Positions 13,451-26,115 of a stretch of DNA of 64,000 nt are shown here, one piece after another (positions within the stretch are counted from its first letter, which is position 1; each line of letters starts with the position of its first letter). The stretch is taken from assembly GCA_951406725.2 (NCBI GenBank), contig OX597816.1:121768001-121832000 (forward strand), written 5' to 3'. The translations under genes and the position numbers were made by a program. The stretch comes from Octopus vulgaris (lineage: Eukaryota). The notes under the pieces were generated by a model that saw only the letters and a list, made by a program, of their open reading frames with translations, searched no databases and was not told where the DNA came from.

Positions 13451-14048
13451 CTGCAAGAAAATAAACAAAAAATTTATACAGAAAGAGATAATGTTAGTAG
13501 ACGTGAATTACAATCATTTTACAACTATTCCTCGTAAGCCCTTTAGTGGGCAACTGAACTGCTAGAAATAGCAGTCAAATCACCATTTTACAAAGACAAT
13601 CATATATATATATATATATATTGTCTGGAAAAATGGGATGAACATATTGAAAACTCTGTCCATAGATATGCTTGACCATAGTTCATTTGAGGCTAAATGA
13701 GATATCTCTCATCATACTTCCATTGTAAGTAATTTAATTATGCATGTCTTCATTACACATCCTTTCTGTGAGAGGTAAATGCTCTGAGGGCTGTCCTGAT
13801 TACTACTTCTCAGGCATCTTCTCAAAACGTCTGACTTCTCTCAATAGGTTCTTAAGTTTTGTATCATCCATTTACAGCACACACTCAACATTTAATTTAA
13901 CACTCAGTTTCTTTCTCTTAATCTTTTATGCTCAGTTTCACATCCATAAGATCAAAATAAGCTTATTCCTCTCCACTTGAAAACATTTCAAAATGACAAA
14001 AAAGCACAAGACCAAGGCTGCAATCAGTATCTATTGTAAAGATGCAGT

Positions 14049-14242
14049 TCACGCTCAGAATTGCTGAAGCATGGAATAAACTGCCTGTGTCAGTTGTTGA
14101 CTGCCATGACACTGCATCTTTTAAGGCCCTCATGCTTTCCGAAATCCGCCGAAACTACACCTGATTATATATACACTTTAGATGAGTTGTAGTGCACCTG
14201 AGCACTGTACACAATTATTATTATTATTATTATTATTATTAT
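14049..14242 (+). mobile_element. CR1-type LINE 3' end with (ATT)n tail
   Basis: FTLRIAEAWNKLPVSVV....ASFK...* followed by a short 3' UTR and attattatt tail. Confidence 0.8.
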
Positions 14243-15249
14243 TTAAATAGAGAATATGAATGCATGACTCTTTATTTTCAATGGATGAATGGGATATTCT
14301 TCATCTAAGTTTATACTGAAAGTTTTATAGAAAATATTACTTCGTGTGAAGTTCTGCATTCCTTCATTAGAGCACTAGAGTATTTTTCCCTATCTTGCTG
14401 ATTGGTAGTCATTTTCTCCAGTACAAAAAAAAATTATGGTCTTGTCATTTAATATTTGTCAAATATTATTACATATTGTTTATGGCCTCTTTAATGTGGC
14501 TGTCCTCTAAGAGAGGACAATACTGTCATTTAACCCCAGGAAGGTGTCATCTCCAGCTGGTTTATTCAGAGTGCCTTGCACACTCGGTATTTATTGCAAG
14601 CAGGAGATAACTCTTGCCACCCTAGCTTCAAGACCACCAGACCACATAGTTTTAATCTGTATTGGATCTCTTCGGTGATGGGTACTAGAATGGTCTATTA
14701 GAAAATCTCTGAGATAGAAGCAGTATATGGACCAAAAAGTATCTTTACTACTCTAGGAACAAGGCCTGAAGTTTTTTGGGAGGGGGCCAGCTGATTAGAT
14801 TGACCCCAGTATGCAACTGGTACTTAATTTATCAACCCAGAAAGGCTAAAAGGCAAAGTCGACCTCAGCAGAATTTGAATTCAGAGCATGAAGACAGACG
14901 AAATACTGCTAAGCATTTCGTCCAAGTGCCACAAGGGTCAACTTTGTCTTTCATTCTTTGTTTGGGGGTTGATAAAATAAGTACCAGTTGTGTACTAATG
15001 TCAATGTAATTGACTAACCACAATCTCACTCAAACCAATATTTCAGTATTAAACATCTACACCATAATTTTAACATGGAAATTCTAAGAGTATGATAATA
15101 ACAGTAGTGACAACGGTGGTTGCTGTTATAGTCAGCATTCTATATTTTTTAATTTCTATTTAAGATAAATAACATCAGAGCTGAAATCTCAGAATTATAC
15201 AACATGGTATGACACTATACAGAACACAATTGTACAAACTATAACATAC

Positions 15250-15351
15250 CTGTCTGTTACCAATTACTTTTTGCTCCCACATTTTCTGAACATTCCAAAA
15301 GAATGGTGCATCACACTTTTGACAAATATCACTTTCAGCCCAATCTGGAGT
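15250..15351 (-). CDS. WDFY2: WDFY2 coding exon ([34 protein letters not shown])
   Basis: FYVE N-terminal W..SD.C..C motif; AG/GT bounded, 102 nt. Confidence 0.97.
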
Positions 15352-16523
15352 CTACAAAACAAAACAATATAAGAAGTTTTATAATGTTTACATTACAAAG
15401 CAAAAGTGACTAAAACATGTTTCATATCATTTTAAGATTCTGCAATATATGTCTAGTTTTAGCTTTTAACATCTTAGGAAGCGTGTTGGTGCATTGTGAA
15501 GTCATGAAACCCCTTTCCACGAGCATGGTCTGAATGCTCGTGACAAAGTGAATTCCTCTAAAGGCACCCAAGGGCCAGAGGGTGTTGTTGAAGTGGGTAG
15601 CACTATGTACTTGCCACTTCTTAAATAAAAGGAGAACCTATATGCCAACATTAGGTAAATGGTGACTCAGAGTCACACAACATATGTTCATGTTCACATA
15701 CATATATGCATAAAGGGGCATGGCTTAGTGGATAGGGTGTTACAGTCACAATCTTGCGATCAGGATTTCAATTCCTAGACTGGTGGATGCATTGTATTCT
15801 TGAGCAAAACACTTCATCTGCATTGTTCTATAATCACTTTGACACCTGATGCATAGTACACAGTACACTTGTTCAAACAACATTGGTTTGATGGAGAGAG
15901 TGAGCTAATGTGCATCAGTTGTGCAGGTCGTTCATGTCATCTTTGATGGGAGAGTCCTACATACACACACTTTAGTCACCAATATATGGAGATATTGCTT
16001 TATAAAATTGTCCTAGATAGTCAAAACTATCCACACACAAAAATACATTTTCACAAATGAAATTTTCTTTCTGGAAAAAATAACAAAAGCACTTCATGTA
16101 TTGGCAATAATTGTGAAAAGAACTGGATAAGTGTCTTCAAACAGGATATTGAAGACAATTGAAGTGACATAAGGAGAAAGAAGGAGAGAGGGAGGTCACA
16201 TATAGTGTCTGGGAAATTACTGAACTAATCATAGATCCAGTATAAATAGAACTGTTATCAATTGTTAGTACCAGGTTGAATTTGAAAAAGGAACATACGT
16301 TTTTAAAATGTCACCGATATTTACAAATATATGTTCTTAGTTCAAATCCAGCCTTAAATTATGACCATACCAAATCCTATGACAGCTGACAACAATCTGA
16401 GATAAAAAGTCATCGAATTACTAGATATTATTGTACATTTACTAAAAGTAAAATTTAAGTTTGGAATATTATAATCTTCTGAAAATAAAAACAAATCAAT
16501 GCAGTAAATTAATTAATACACAC

Positions 16524-16629
16524 CTCAACTCGTTTCCCATACATATTCCAAAATGCTACCATACAATCATCACCACCAGACAGGCATTGGTTAGAAATTG
16601 GGCAGTATATTAAAGCTTGAACTTTGTCA
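16524..16629 (-). CDS. WDFY2: WDFY2 coding exon (DKVQALIYCPISNQCLSGGDDCMVAFWNMYGKRVE)
   Basis: WD repeat; AG/GT bounded, 106 nt. Confidence 0.95.
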
Positions 16630-17514
16630 CTGGAATGAAGCAGATAACATAAACATAAAGCAATTTTTTTTAACCCCATTTAAATGGAGAAATCAAATTT
16701 GCAAGTTTAGAGCAAAAAAAAAAAGATGTGGTGGGGAAAAATAGACAATGATACAATAGGTATCAATGATACAACATGAATGACACTAAGTGGAAAGTCC
16801 TGGTTTTGTCATCTCTGTTCACTACACTACTTGGGTTTTGGTGTACTCCAGTCAGTTGGTGGCCCCTTGACTCAGTATAAATTTCTATTGCATAATATGA
16901 TCTGCATCTACTCCTGTAGGTATATACAAATGTATATGGTTGGTATATTTGTAGACAACACAATTGCAGTGTATAAATATCAAAAATAATGTCCATTTCT
17001 TTGCAGAGCATAGCTTCAATCAACAGACTTCTGAATTATGAGGCCAGCACACTTCCACAGCACCACTGTGTTCAACAAAAACTTTACAAAATATATGATG
17101 TATTATTTCTTTTATTGTCTGCTCTGGGTTACATCACCCATCAAATGTTATTTATTTTTATGCATTAGACTGAGTAACTATAGTAACTACACAACGCATG
17201 CTGCAGCACTAGGATGTCAATTTATTCACCAAAAGGTGACATTTCACTCTGCCAACACTTCAAGAGTCACTTTTGACAAACCATATGCACAGATCTATGC
17301 AGTGCAAATTTTTTTTGGGTATTTCTCCATTTGGCTTTTTTCAGATCAACTAGAAACAAATCAATTACATAAATACTTCCCCAAAGCAGCATAGCAACCA
17401 AACTTGCTAGTGCTATAACAGTATTTTATCCAATAGCAGTGGCAACATTTTTAGTCAATGCCAATTATATACAGAAATGATAACTCACTAACTCACATGC
17501 CTGAATTATGTTTA

Positions 17515-17857
17515 CAGTCGTGGCCAAAAGTTAGGAACATTTTTTTAAAAATTAAAATTAAAATGCCCAAGTACAATTTGATTCAAATATAACTTTGGGC
17601 ATTTAACCCTTTAGTTAGAAGTAATACTTATTTATTCACTTTGTTTTGAATTAATCATGCATTATCTTGAAATTTTGATGAGGTATCTATTAATTTTTAG
17701 AATGATATTGTAAGCCTGGTGTAAGAGGCTAGATCTGGACAATTTGAATATAAAACTGGTAGAATATTTTGGCCAGATATGGCCAATTTAAATACTGAAG
17801 GGTCAGTATAAAAATTCTAATTTTCAGACCTATGTTCCAAATTTTTAGCCATGACTA
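17515..17857. mobile_element. Tc1/mariner-type MITE containing a nested piggyBac-type MITE (about 17607-17802)
   Basis: Imperfect 25-bp TIRs cagtcgtggccaaaagttaggaaca / tgttccaaatttttagccatgacta; inner element starts ttaa-cccttt and ends gaaggg, related to 26680-26889. Confidence 0.7.
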
Positions 17858-18044
17858 AGTTTCAAGTGAACTATTTTTTTTCCAGTTTTCTTTTTAATGC
17901 TGAAGTTTTTTTTTTCTTAAGATTTTCTGAAAACAAAACTATTGCCATTGGCTTTGTGGTGTTTCAAAAATTAGAACAAGGAAATAAATACTTCTGAGTA
18001 AAAAATAAAAAAAAAACACTTTAGAGTATTTGGAAATAGGAATG

Positions 18045-18111
<67 letters not shown>

Positions 18112-18719
18112 CAGTAGTATGTGTAAATCATTATAGGATGCTTTCTGAAGAAAGATACTGTTGTGCTGACATCTTTGTTATTACTGCACACATAACCATT
18201 TCTGATACAAAATCCTTAATTTCACAGTTTAGTTTCAGTAGTATGTTGTTGATCTGTTAATCATTTCTGGATCCTAACATTTTTTGTTATAGCTAAGTAA
18301 AAGGAAGATGAGAGTAGTGACCAGGACCTATTTAGCAGAGTTTCCAAAACTGAAGGAAGACACAAACAAAAAAAGAAAGAAAGAAAAAAAACCCTAATGA
18401 AAGTCTGGTCCAAATGCTTGTAATATAGTGAAAGGAACCCCTCAAACCAGTTGATGGTGTTACACCAGTTGACAGGTTAAGTTTAGAACTACAGAACTGA
18501 TAAAGTCCACCTAATGAACTTTTACAGTTTCTGTCTACCAAATTTAATTTACAAGACTTCTCTCATAACACCTCAAGTCACTTGCACAAAGTGTTGTATA
18601 GTTGGACTGAATGCAGAACATCAAGGCAAAGCAAACCTTTTAATCATATGGCCGTGTCTATAATCAGTAACAATACACATTTATAACAAAGATAGTGGAT
18701 GTAGAAAATTTAAACTTAC

Positions 18720-18846
18720 TGATGTCCTTGCAATTCAAAAGCAGTTCCCCTTCGGCCACCTATATCCCACACAATGATGGATTGGTCAAAACTACCAGAG
18801 AAGAGTAATTTTCTAGAGGAATCCCAACTCAGGCTACGTACACTTC
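18720..18846 (-). CDS. WDFY2: WDFY2 coding exon ([41 protein letters not shown])
   Basis: WD repeat; AG/GT bounded, 127 nt. Confidence 0.97.
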
Positions 18847-19271
18847 CTGTTGACATTTGGAAAGAAAGGTTAAAAATAAAACCATGATTAAATAAAACTT
18901 TTTTTTTTGTTGAAAATAGGGAATAATATTCAGCATCTTATTGTGAACATTATCATCTGAAATCAATCTACTTTATCAAAAGATATCACATGACAAAGTT
19001 TTTTTTTGAGAGTTATAAGTGAGACTGACTGAAGAGGAAAGAAAGCTTTCCTATCTGCCTTCCTTTTTCTGTCAAGGGCTTATATGCCCCTCTATTAGAC
19101 TATTTTCCTTAGTCATTGCGCAGTGATTGCCATAAGCTTGAAGAGCATCTGCTCGAAAAGTTAAACCATCATTCTTTCCTTTCCTGAGCGTCTGCTAATA
19201 CATTACATGCACCACATCCTTGCATTTTTCTTTTTGTGTTTGTTCATTTTTGGATTTACAATATATATATT

Positions 19272-20433
19272 TTAGGTTGTTTCACGTGAAATGTCGTATT
19301 TAAAAGGTAACAATAAAATGTTTCAGAAGTGTTAGAGAACTAATTTATTTAATCAAAGTATGTTTACCCAACATTTTTCTATGTCATATATTCCATCTTC
19401 AAAAAAAAAAAAAAAAAAATCATCTTTTGCTGTGATAAACTGTCCGAACACTTCAATTATCTCTTCTCTATTTAAGAATGTTTTATTGCTTATGAAAAGC
19501 TCTAAATGCTTAAATAAGTATTGATCAGTAAGAGAGATGTTAGGGAATAGGGAGGATGTTGCAAAATCTCATAATTCAGGCTTTGCAACTTTTGGACCAT
19601 AGCTTGAGGAGTGTGAGGACACGCATTGTCTTGGAGCAAAATTGGGCCATCTCTATTCACTAGTCTGGGTGGCTTCTTTTTCAAATTCTCATGCATACAA
19701 TCAATATGATGTTGCGGTTATTTTTTTCTTTGTTGCAAAAATGAATAACTCCCTTCGCAGACCACCATACAATGACCAATAACTTTTTAGGGTGCAATGG
19801 TGGGTCTGGGTAGTGTTTAGGTGACTCTCCTGTTCTCTAGCTGTTGTCAAAGAACATTCATTTCTCATCACAAGTAATGATCTGATGCAAAAATGGTCTT
19901 TTTCCAGTTGAGAAAGCAATAAGGAGCACACTTCGAGACATCTAGTTCAGTGGATATGGAGCAAAACATATCTGTTTTCTTGACTCTTACAGGTGTCCAA
20001 AAACAGTTGTGCAAGATGTTTGGAGTTTTGTTGAAAGTTTTTGAACCTTTGTTCAACCAAAGCATTTAATCCATCATGCCACATAACTGATTTTGGCCTA
20101 CCTTGGTTTATTTTCAAGGCTATCATCTCCTGAATGAGAGTTTTGGAACCATCTCTGAGTAGTTCTGATGTCAACAAAACCATTACCCAAGGCCCACTTG
20201 ATATTCCGTAGAGCTTCTGCAGCAGAGTGACCCAGTTTGTACTCATACAAGAAAATCATTCATAGCTTGCTTGTTATCATTTTCATAAGGTCTATGGGTT
20301 GGGTATGAATTTTGTATACCAATATTGTTGAGAAAGAAAAAGAGTCAAGATTAAATGCAAGGTATACTTAACTGAGTGTTTTTAAATGACTGAAATAAAT
20401 TAAAAATGCAACATTTCATGTGAAAGAACCTTG
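19272..20433 (-). mobile_element. Near full-length decayed mariner transposon
   Basis: About 28-bp imperfect TIRs (aggttgtttcacgtgaaatgtcgtattt / aaatgcaacatttcatgtgaaagaacct) flanked by TA runs; motifs ITCDEK, LQDNACPH, HPPYS; many stops and frameshifts. Confidence 0.92.
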
Positions 20434-20435
20434 AG

Positions 20436-20460
<25 letters not shown>

Positions 20461-20466
<6 letters not shown>

Positions 20467-21415
20467 CATTTAGCATCTGCTTTCCATGTTGGCATGGGTT
20501 AGACAGTTTGACTGAAACTGGTAAGCTGGTGGGCTGGACAAGGTTCCATTCTAATCTGGCATGGTTTTTACACCTGGATGCCATTCCTAATGCCAACTAC
20601 TCCAAGAATGTAATGGGTGCTTTTTACATGATACTGGCATCAGCCATGACTACGGTTTTACTTGGTTTGACAGGTCTTCTCAAGCACAGCCTATCACCAA
20701 AGGTCTCAGTCACTTACCATTGCCTCCATGAGGCCTAATATTTGAAGGATGCCAGTTACATGATACTGGCACCAGCCACAACCATGATTTCACTTGGCTC
20801 CATAGGTCTTCTCAAGCACAGCATAATGCCAAAGGTTTTGGTCACTTGTCATTGCCTCTGTGAAGCTCAACATTTGAAGATCATGCTTCACCACCTTGTC
20901 CCATGTCTTCCTGATTCTACCACTTCAACAGGTTCCCTCCACAGTTAGAGATTGGCACTTCTTTACACAGCTGCTCTCGTCCATATGCATCACATAACCA
21001 TACCAACACAGTTGTCTCTCTTGCACACTGCATCTAATGCCTTTTATGCACAACTTTTCTTTCAAGGTGCTTACACTCTGTCGTACATGCACAGACATTG
21101 CACATCCAGCAAAGCATACTAGCTTAATTTCTTTCAAGCCTTTACATGTCCTCTACAGTCACAGCCCATGTTTCACTGTCGGGTAGCATGGCTGTTCGCA
21201 CACAAACATCATACAATCTGCCTTTCACTCTGAGCAAGAGGCCCTTCGTTACCAACAGAGGTAGGAGCTCTCTGAACTTTGCCCAACCTATTGTTATTCT
21301 AGCAGCTATGCTCTTGGAGCATCCACCTCCGCTACTGGCTTGGTCACCTAGATAATAGAAGCTATTAATTACTTCTAGCTTTCACCCCTGACTTTTGATG
21401 GAGTCTATTTTCTGT
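20461..21415 (-). mobile_element. RTE-clade LINE 3' fragment with 3' UTR and (GAT)n tail
   Basis: CSVQERQLCWYGYVMHMDESSCVKKCQSLTVEGTC; 3' UTR carries an imperfect duplication of about 120 bp; tail shared with the repeat at 28825-29030. Confidence 0.8.
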
Positions 21416-21681
21416 ACATATATGTTCAAAAGAAGTTTAAGTTAGAACTTTATTGTAAGCTTTATTCATTTGTTACTTATACTCCATTGCAAAGTAACAC
21501 ATGCCACATCAAAATATTGCTGCTCTCTAGCAACGTAGCATGCATCCTACCTTGAGAAACGCCTGTTTAGATAATGTTTACAAACTATAAAATTTAGCTC
21601 AATAAACAGATGGTAATTACTAAAAGGAAGACAGGCAGAAGTAAATGAGAGAGTGAGTGAGTTAGAGAGATGATTACTCAC

Positions 21682-21794
21682 CTGAATGTCCCTTGAAAGT
21701 AGTAATTAAATCAAAACAGTTGTTTTTAACTTTTAACACAGATATGTGTCCAGAATAATCTCCAACAAAGGCATATTTTGATTGCTCATCAAAT
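21682..21794 (-). CDS. WDFY2: WDFY2 coding exon (FDEQSKYAFVGDYSGHISVLKVKNNCFDLITTFKGHS)
   Basis: 113 nt; U12-type acceptor upstream and GTGAGT donor downstream. Confidence 0.95.
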
Positions 21795-24731
21795 CTTAAC
21801 AATGGTTAAGAAAAATAAATTAGTTATCACAACAGGAATATTTTATTCTCATTATGAATAGCAAATGAACTGAAAGGTCAAAGATTATCTCAAAAGCTTT
21901 TATTCAAAGCTTGGTTAAAGGATAATGTTAGAATGTAATTTAAGTCAGATAACGAGAAACAATATATGTTTGTGTGTAGATGCAAATGTGGAGAAAAGTT
22001 AGAAAGCGGGGTGTAGGGATAAACATTAACTGTATATATATATATATCAGTATATTGGCAGGATGAAAGGGCAACAGAGAGAGAAATCAAAGAGATGGAG
22101 AAAGAGGCAATGATATTAAAATACAAAAGAGAAGGAATAAGAAGCCTAAATGATACTACAAATAAATGAAATGATGAAGTAGATACACTACAAAAGAAAC
22201 ATCCATTATTTAATGGTTTAGTCATGAGAAACAGGACTAGAATCATGGTCTTTGCTTGACTGTTGAGACTGTTGAAACTGATGCAGTTGGTTTTTGACTT
22301 GAATATATCTGTAAAGTGACAGTAATGTGAGGGAAAAGGAATTCCAGATGGTTGATACTCTGTGTTGGTAATGATCATGTGACGGAAGGAAAGGATGCAA
22401 AAGATTAATACAGGGCCTTTGGGTGTAATGGAGATAAGAGACAAGTATGGTGATAACTTGGCGAAAGTCATAAGCAAACAGATATATCTGAGGAACAAAG
22501 ATCATTGTAGTAGAAAAAGCAAAGTAAGAAGATGGCATGTCATTGGGCTAGACACCTAGCAGAACTGGCTCTATGGAAGTCACACTAGTGGTCACCAAAG
22601 AGAAAGAAATCTGAAGTGATAAATGTCTGTAGTCAAGTTTGCTTGTTCACCCAATTTGGAAAAATTAAGCCATAACCATCTCATCTTTTTCTCTGACAAA
22701 GTACATTATTCAATGTGTCCTACATAAGACAATATGGTGTGATATGAGGTTTGACAGCTATTTCTAGCAGGTTGGATGACCTTAGTCACTTCTTTGGATA
22801 TGGTAGTAAAACAGAGTGAATATTGGTGGATAATAAATTGTTTCATGGATTGCTGCAAACCACTGTGTTAATAATCTCCGAGAGAAACAATCAGCTGGGT
22901 CAATGACTTGTGGTAAGGTTTCATATCCAAAGTGGATTAGTTGAAGGATAATACAGAGGTTAACAGTTCAGTTAATACATGTTGGATTTAATAATTCTTT
23001 CTAACTAATGTTTGGTACAAGGCCAGCAATTTTGAGGGAAGGGTGAAGTCGATTACATCACCCCCAGTGCTGCACTGGTACTAATTTTAATGACCTCAAA
23101 AGGATGAGAGACAAAGTTGACCTCAGTGGTGTTTGAACTCAGAATGTACAGAGTCAGAAGAAATGCCACAACTAAGCATTTTGTCTGACATGCTAATGAT
23201 TCTGCCAGCTCACCATCTTGTTGAAGTGAATAATGAAAAAGCAAAATGATGGATGACAGGACAGAATTTTAATCACAAGTGGCTTTCTGGATGATCCTGT
23301 TTCATATGTGTACAAGTAACAGGATAGAGGTTAGTTTTGAATTAGTTGCTTTTTCTTTGGAAAGACTGGAATCTCAGTCTCAAATGGTGGTATTTTATAT
23401 CACGGGTGATGCAGAAGATAATGCATGTCTTGCAGCCTGAGTAGAGTTGGCACTACTTCTCACCCCTGCCTTTTTTTGGCCTAGTCAGAAAAGGAGAGCA
23501 GCATTCATGATCTTTATTTCACAAGACTTCTAAGAGTGGTGCAGTAAAGAATGGAAGGAATCAGGACTTATGACTTACTGCTGCAGGAAATGAAGTTATC
23601 CTCAAACTGGAGATCTCATCCCTCTGCTTATCATGAAATAGCCAAGTTATGGTATTAAACCAAGAATTATTTTAGGTCCAGCACGCAAAAACAAATACAG
23701 TTTGATGGGCTTCTATCTAGTTTCCATCTGTCCAATTCCAATCACAATTCCACTTTGAGTTGACCCAAAGTAAAGGCAGAAGATAAAGTATACACAATGG
23801 AATTAAACCCAGAGCAACAGGACTGAAAAGCAAGCTTCTGAAATATGTCTCATGCCTGCAACCATTAAGATAAAGAACTGGCCCTCAAATCTTTTGCATT
23901 CAGGTAAATGTGTTACTGATTATATCACGAAGTGCACATCATTTTTTAAAGGAATGCAACATAGTATAGTTCTGGAGATGATTAGGTGAATTGCGAATCC
24001 ATGCGATGCATATGGTGCTTATGGACAAGAGTAAAATAGCTTGTGAAAGGCATGGCTTTTAAGTTTTAAGTTTCCTTCACAAGTCACACCGACTCATAGG
24101 GGCCAGTTTCTTGGTTTCCATGGTATGTAAATTCTTCAGCTGGACAGGATGCCTGACCATCACAGGATTACTCATTTTTGCCAGTAGAGTGGACTGGAGT
24201 AATGTGAAATGAAATCTTTAGTTCAAGAACACAATGCATTGTCTGGTCCAAGAATCAAAACCACAATCTTACGAGCATGAGTCCAATACCCTAATCATAA
24301 AGCCATGCACCTCCACAGGGCATGGTTTTGCAATGTGTTGCTGTACAAGATGGGTAGTTTCAGGACACAACAGTTGTGAATCAACAGAGTGAGGTCCCAT
24401 GTAATCTTTGAAGAGTAGCCCAAGTAGCCATGGAAAATGTAGAGGAAATTGCTGGATAAATGTAAAGATAACAGAGCTTGAAAAACTTCATTTTAAAAAA
24501 AGTTTAACATTTGTAATTAAAAGACCTGAAATTTTGTAGGTCATCTAATCTAAAATTATATATATAATTTGACATCAAAGTGTATATTTATCTATGTACG
24601 TAAAAAAAATGCATACACATACATGTAGATCGAGTAAGCATGTACACACATACCTAGCAAATATGCATGCACACATTCACACACACACACACCATAAAAA
24701 TTATTTGTAAACCAGAAGTGTTAAAGGATAC
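21795..24731 (-). other. WDFY2: U12-type (minor spliceosome) GT-AG intron of WDFY2
   Basis: 5' splice site GTATCCTTT (24731-24723); branch site TTTCTTAAC (21813-21805) ending 10 nt before the exon; no polypyrimidine tract between branch site and AG. Confidence 0.92.
22240..22620 (-). mobile_element. Old CR1/L2-like LINE 3' remnant
   Basis: Frameshifted RVSTIWNSF and DIFKSKTNCI resemble the R...WN.LP....FK end of CR1/L2 ORF2. Confidence 0.45.
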
Positions 24732-24882
24732 TCAAGGCAGAGGCACCATGAAGTGGCTTGATATCCTCCTAATCGTCGACCAGTTTCTGAACAATGCCAC
24801 TGGAAGTAACGGTCCCGGCCACAGCTGAGGACCCATTCACAGCTCAATGAAAATATAATAGCATTTACTCGACCAAAATGGG
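24732..24882 (-). CDS. WDFY2: WDFY2 coding exon (HFGRVNAIIFSLSCEWVLSCGRDRYFQWHCSETGRRLGGYQATSWCLCL)
   Basis: WDFY1/2 motif EWVLS.G.D..F.WHCSE.G.RLGGY; 151 nt. Confidence 0.97.
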
Positions 24883-26060
24883 CTGCAAAAGGAGAAGTAA
24901 ATAAATGTTTGTTAGGTGAAGAAAAGAAAAAACAAAATGGTGGTATTGAAACAAATAAACAAGCAAACATGCAACACAGTCTTTACCAATGCTATTGCTG
25001 TGGTTATTGTTGTATCCATTATATTAATCATTACATGCAAACCACCAACTTTTAAAGCGGGAGTGGCTTTTCCAACATCAAGAGAATAAATTATGTCAGT
25101 AGGGTCTTCTACTCTTTCTATCACTTCAGACAGTATGAGGGTTGTGCCAGTATTTTCAAAGCCAATTCTGTGGTATGAGAGAGAATAAGATTTAAACCCA
25201 GTACTTAACTGGTACTTTACAGACCTTGCAAAGGTGAAAGGTATAATTGACATCAGTGAGGTTTGTACTCAGAGTCTAGAGAGCCAGAACAAATACCACT
25301 AAGTATTCTAAAACTCAGATTTTTTTGGCCTGCCTCATTATATAACATATCACTATATTTAACCATCAATTATTATCAATGTGGTCACTTAAATTGATAG
25401 AAATAGTAGCTAAATCTTGTTTAAATCACAGCTCACAATCTTATAAGATGGGGGAAGGACATTAGATAATATAGTCCTAAGTATCTCTAAAAAAAAATTA
25501 GGATGGTCACTTCTGGAATGGATATACACAGGGTTGCTTGATCAGAGTTGGCTTGGAACAAACAAACAACAACCACAAAAACCATCCTCATCACCAATAT
25601 GGTTCTATGTAGGCTGGTATGGTTTTGTTATTCATCACTAGATTAATTTTGACCTATGAACATAGATACATTGGATACAGGGCTGAAAAAGATGGGATAA
25701 TAACAGGTGGAACATCTCTGATCATAAACATGCCCAAACAAAACGGGCTAAATAACAATAGATCTTATATAGAGTTACTTGGCTCCTTAATACAGCTCTC
25801 AAGCAAGGGTAATTGTAGTTAAGACACCATTATAACTAACAACATCTGTTTTAACATACAAAAATAGATTTTAAATGAAAATTATCGTACAGACACTTTA
25901 TAGATCATGATTAACCGTATCTGTTACTATTATGCAAAACTGCAAAAGCAACCTGATGAAGTTTTATGTCTAATGAAGGAATATTACATTACATTTATTA
26001 AAAGTTGGAATACCTATTAACTGTTGTCTAAAGAAAGACAGGCTTTGATTTCAAACTTAC

Positions 26061-26115
26061 CAAGATAATCCCTGACATGCGTCATCCGATTATAATCTTC
26101 AGAAATTGTAAACTC
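26061..26115 (-). CDS. WDFY2: WDFY2 coding exon (EFTISEDYNRMTHVRDYL)
   Basis: AG/GT bounded, 55 nt, SEDYN motif. Confidence 0.95.

Noticed and set aside
21890-22498. 202-aa minus-strand ORF inside the U12 intron
   Set aside because: Ser/Leu/Phe-rich read-through of pyrimidine-rich sequence and an old LINE remnant; not a credible nested gene.
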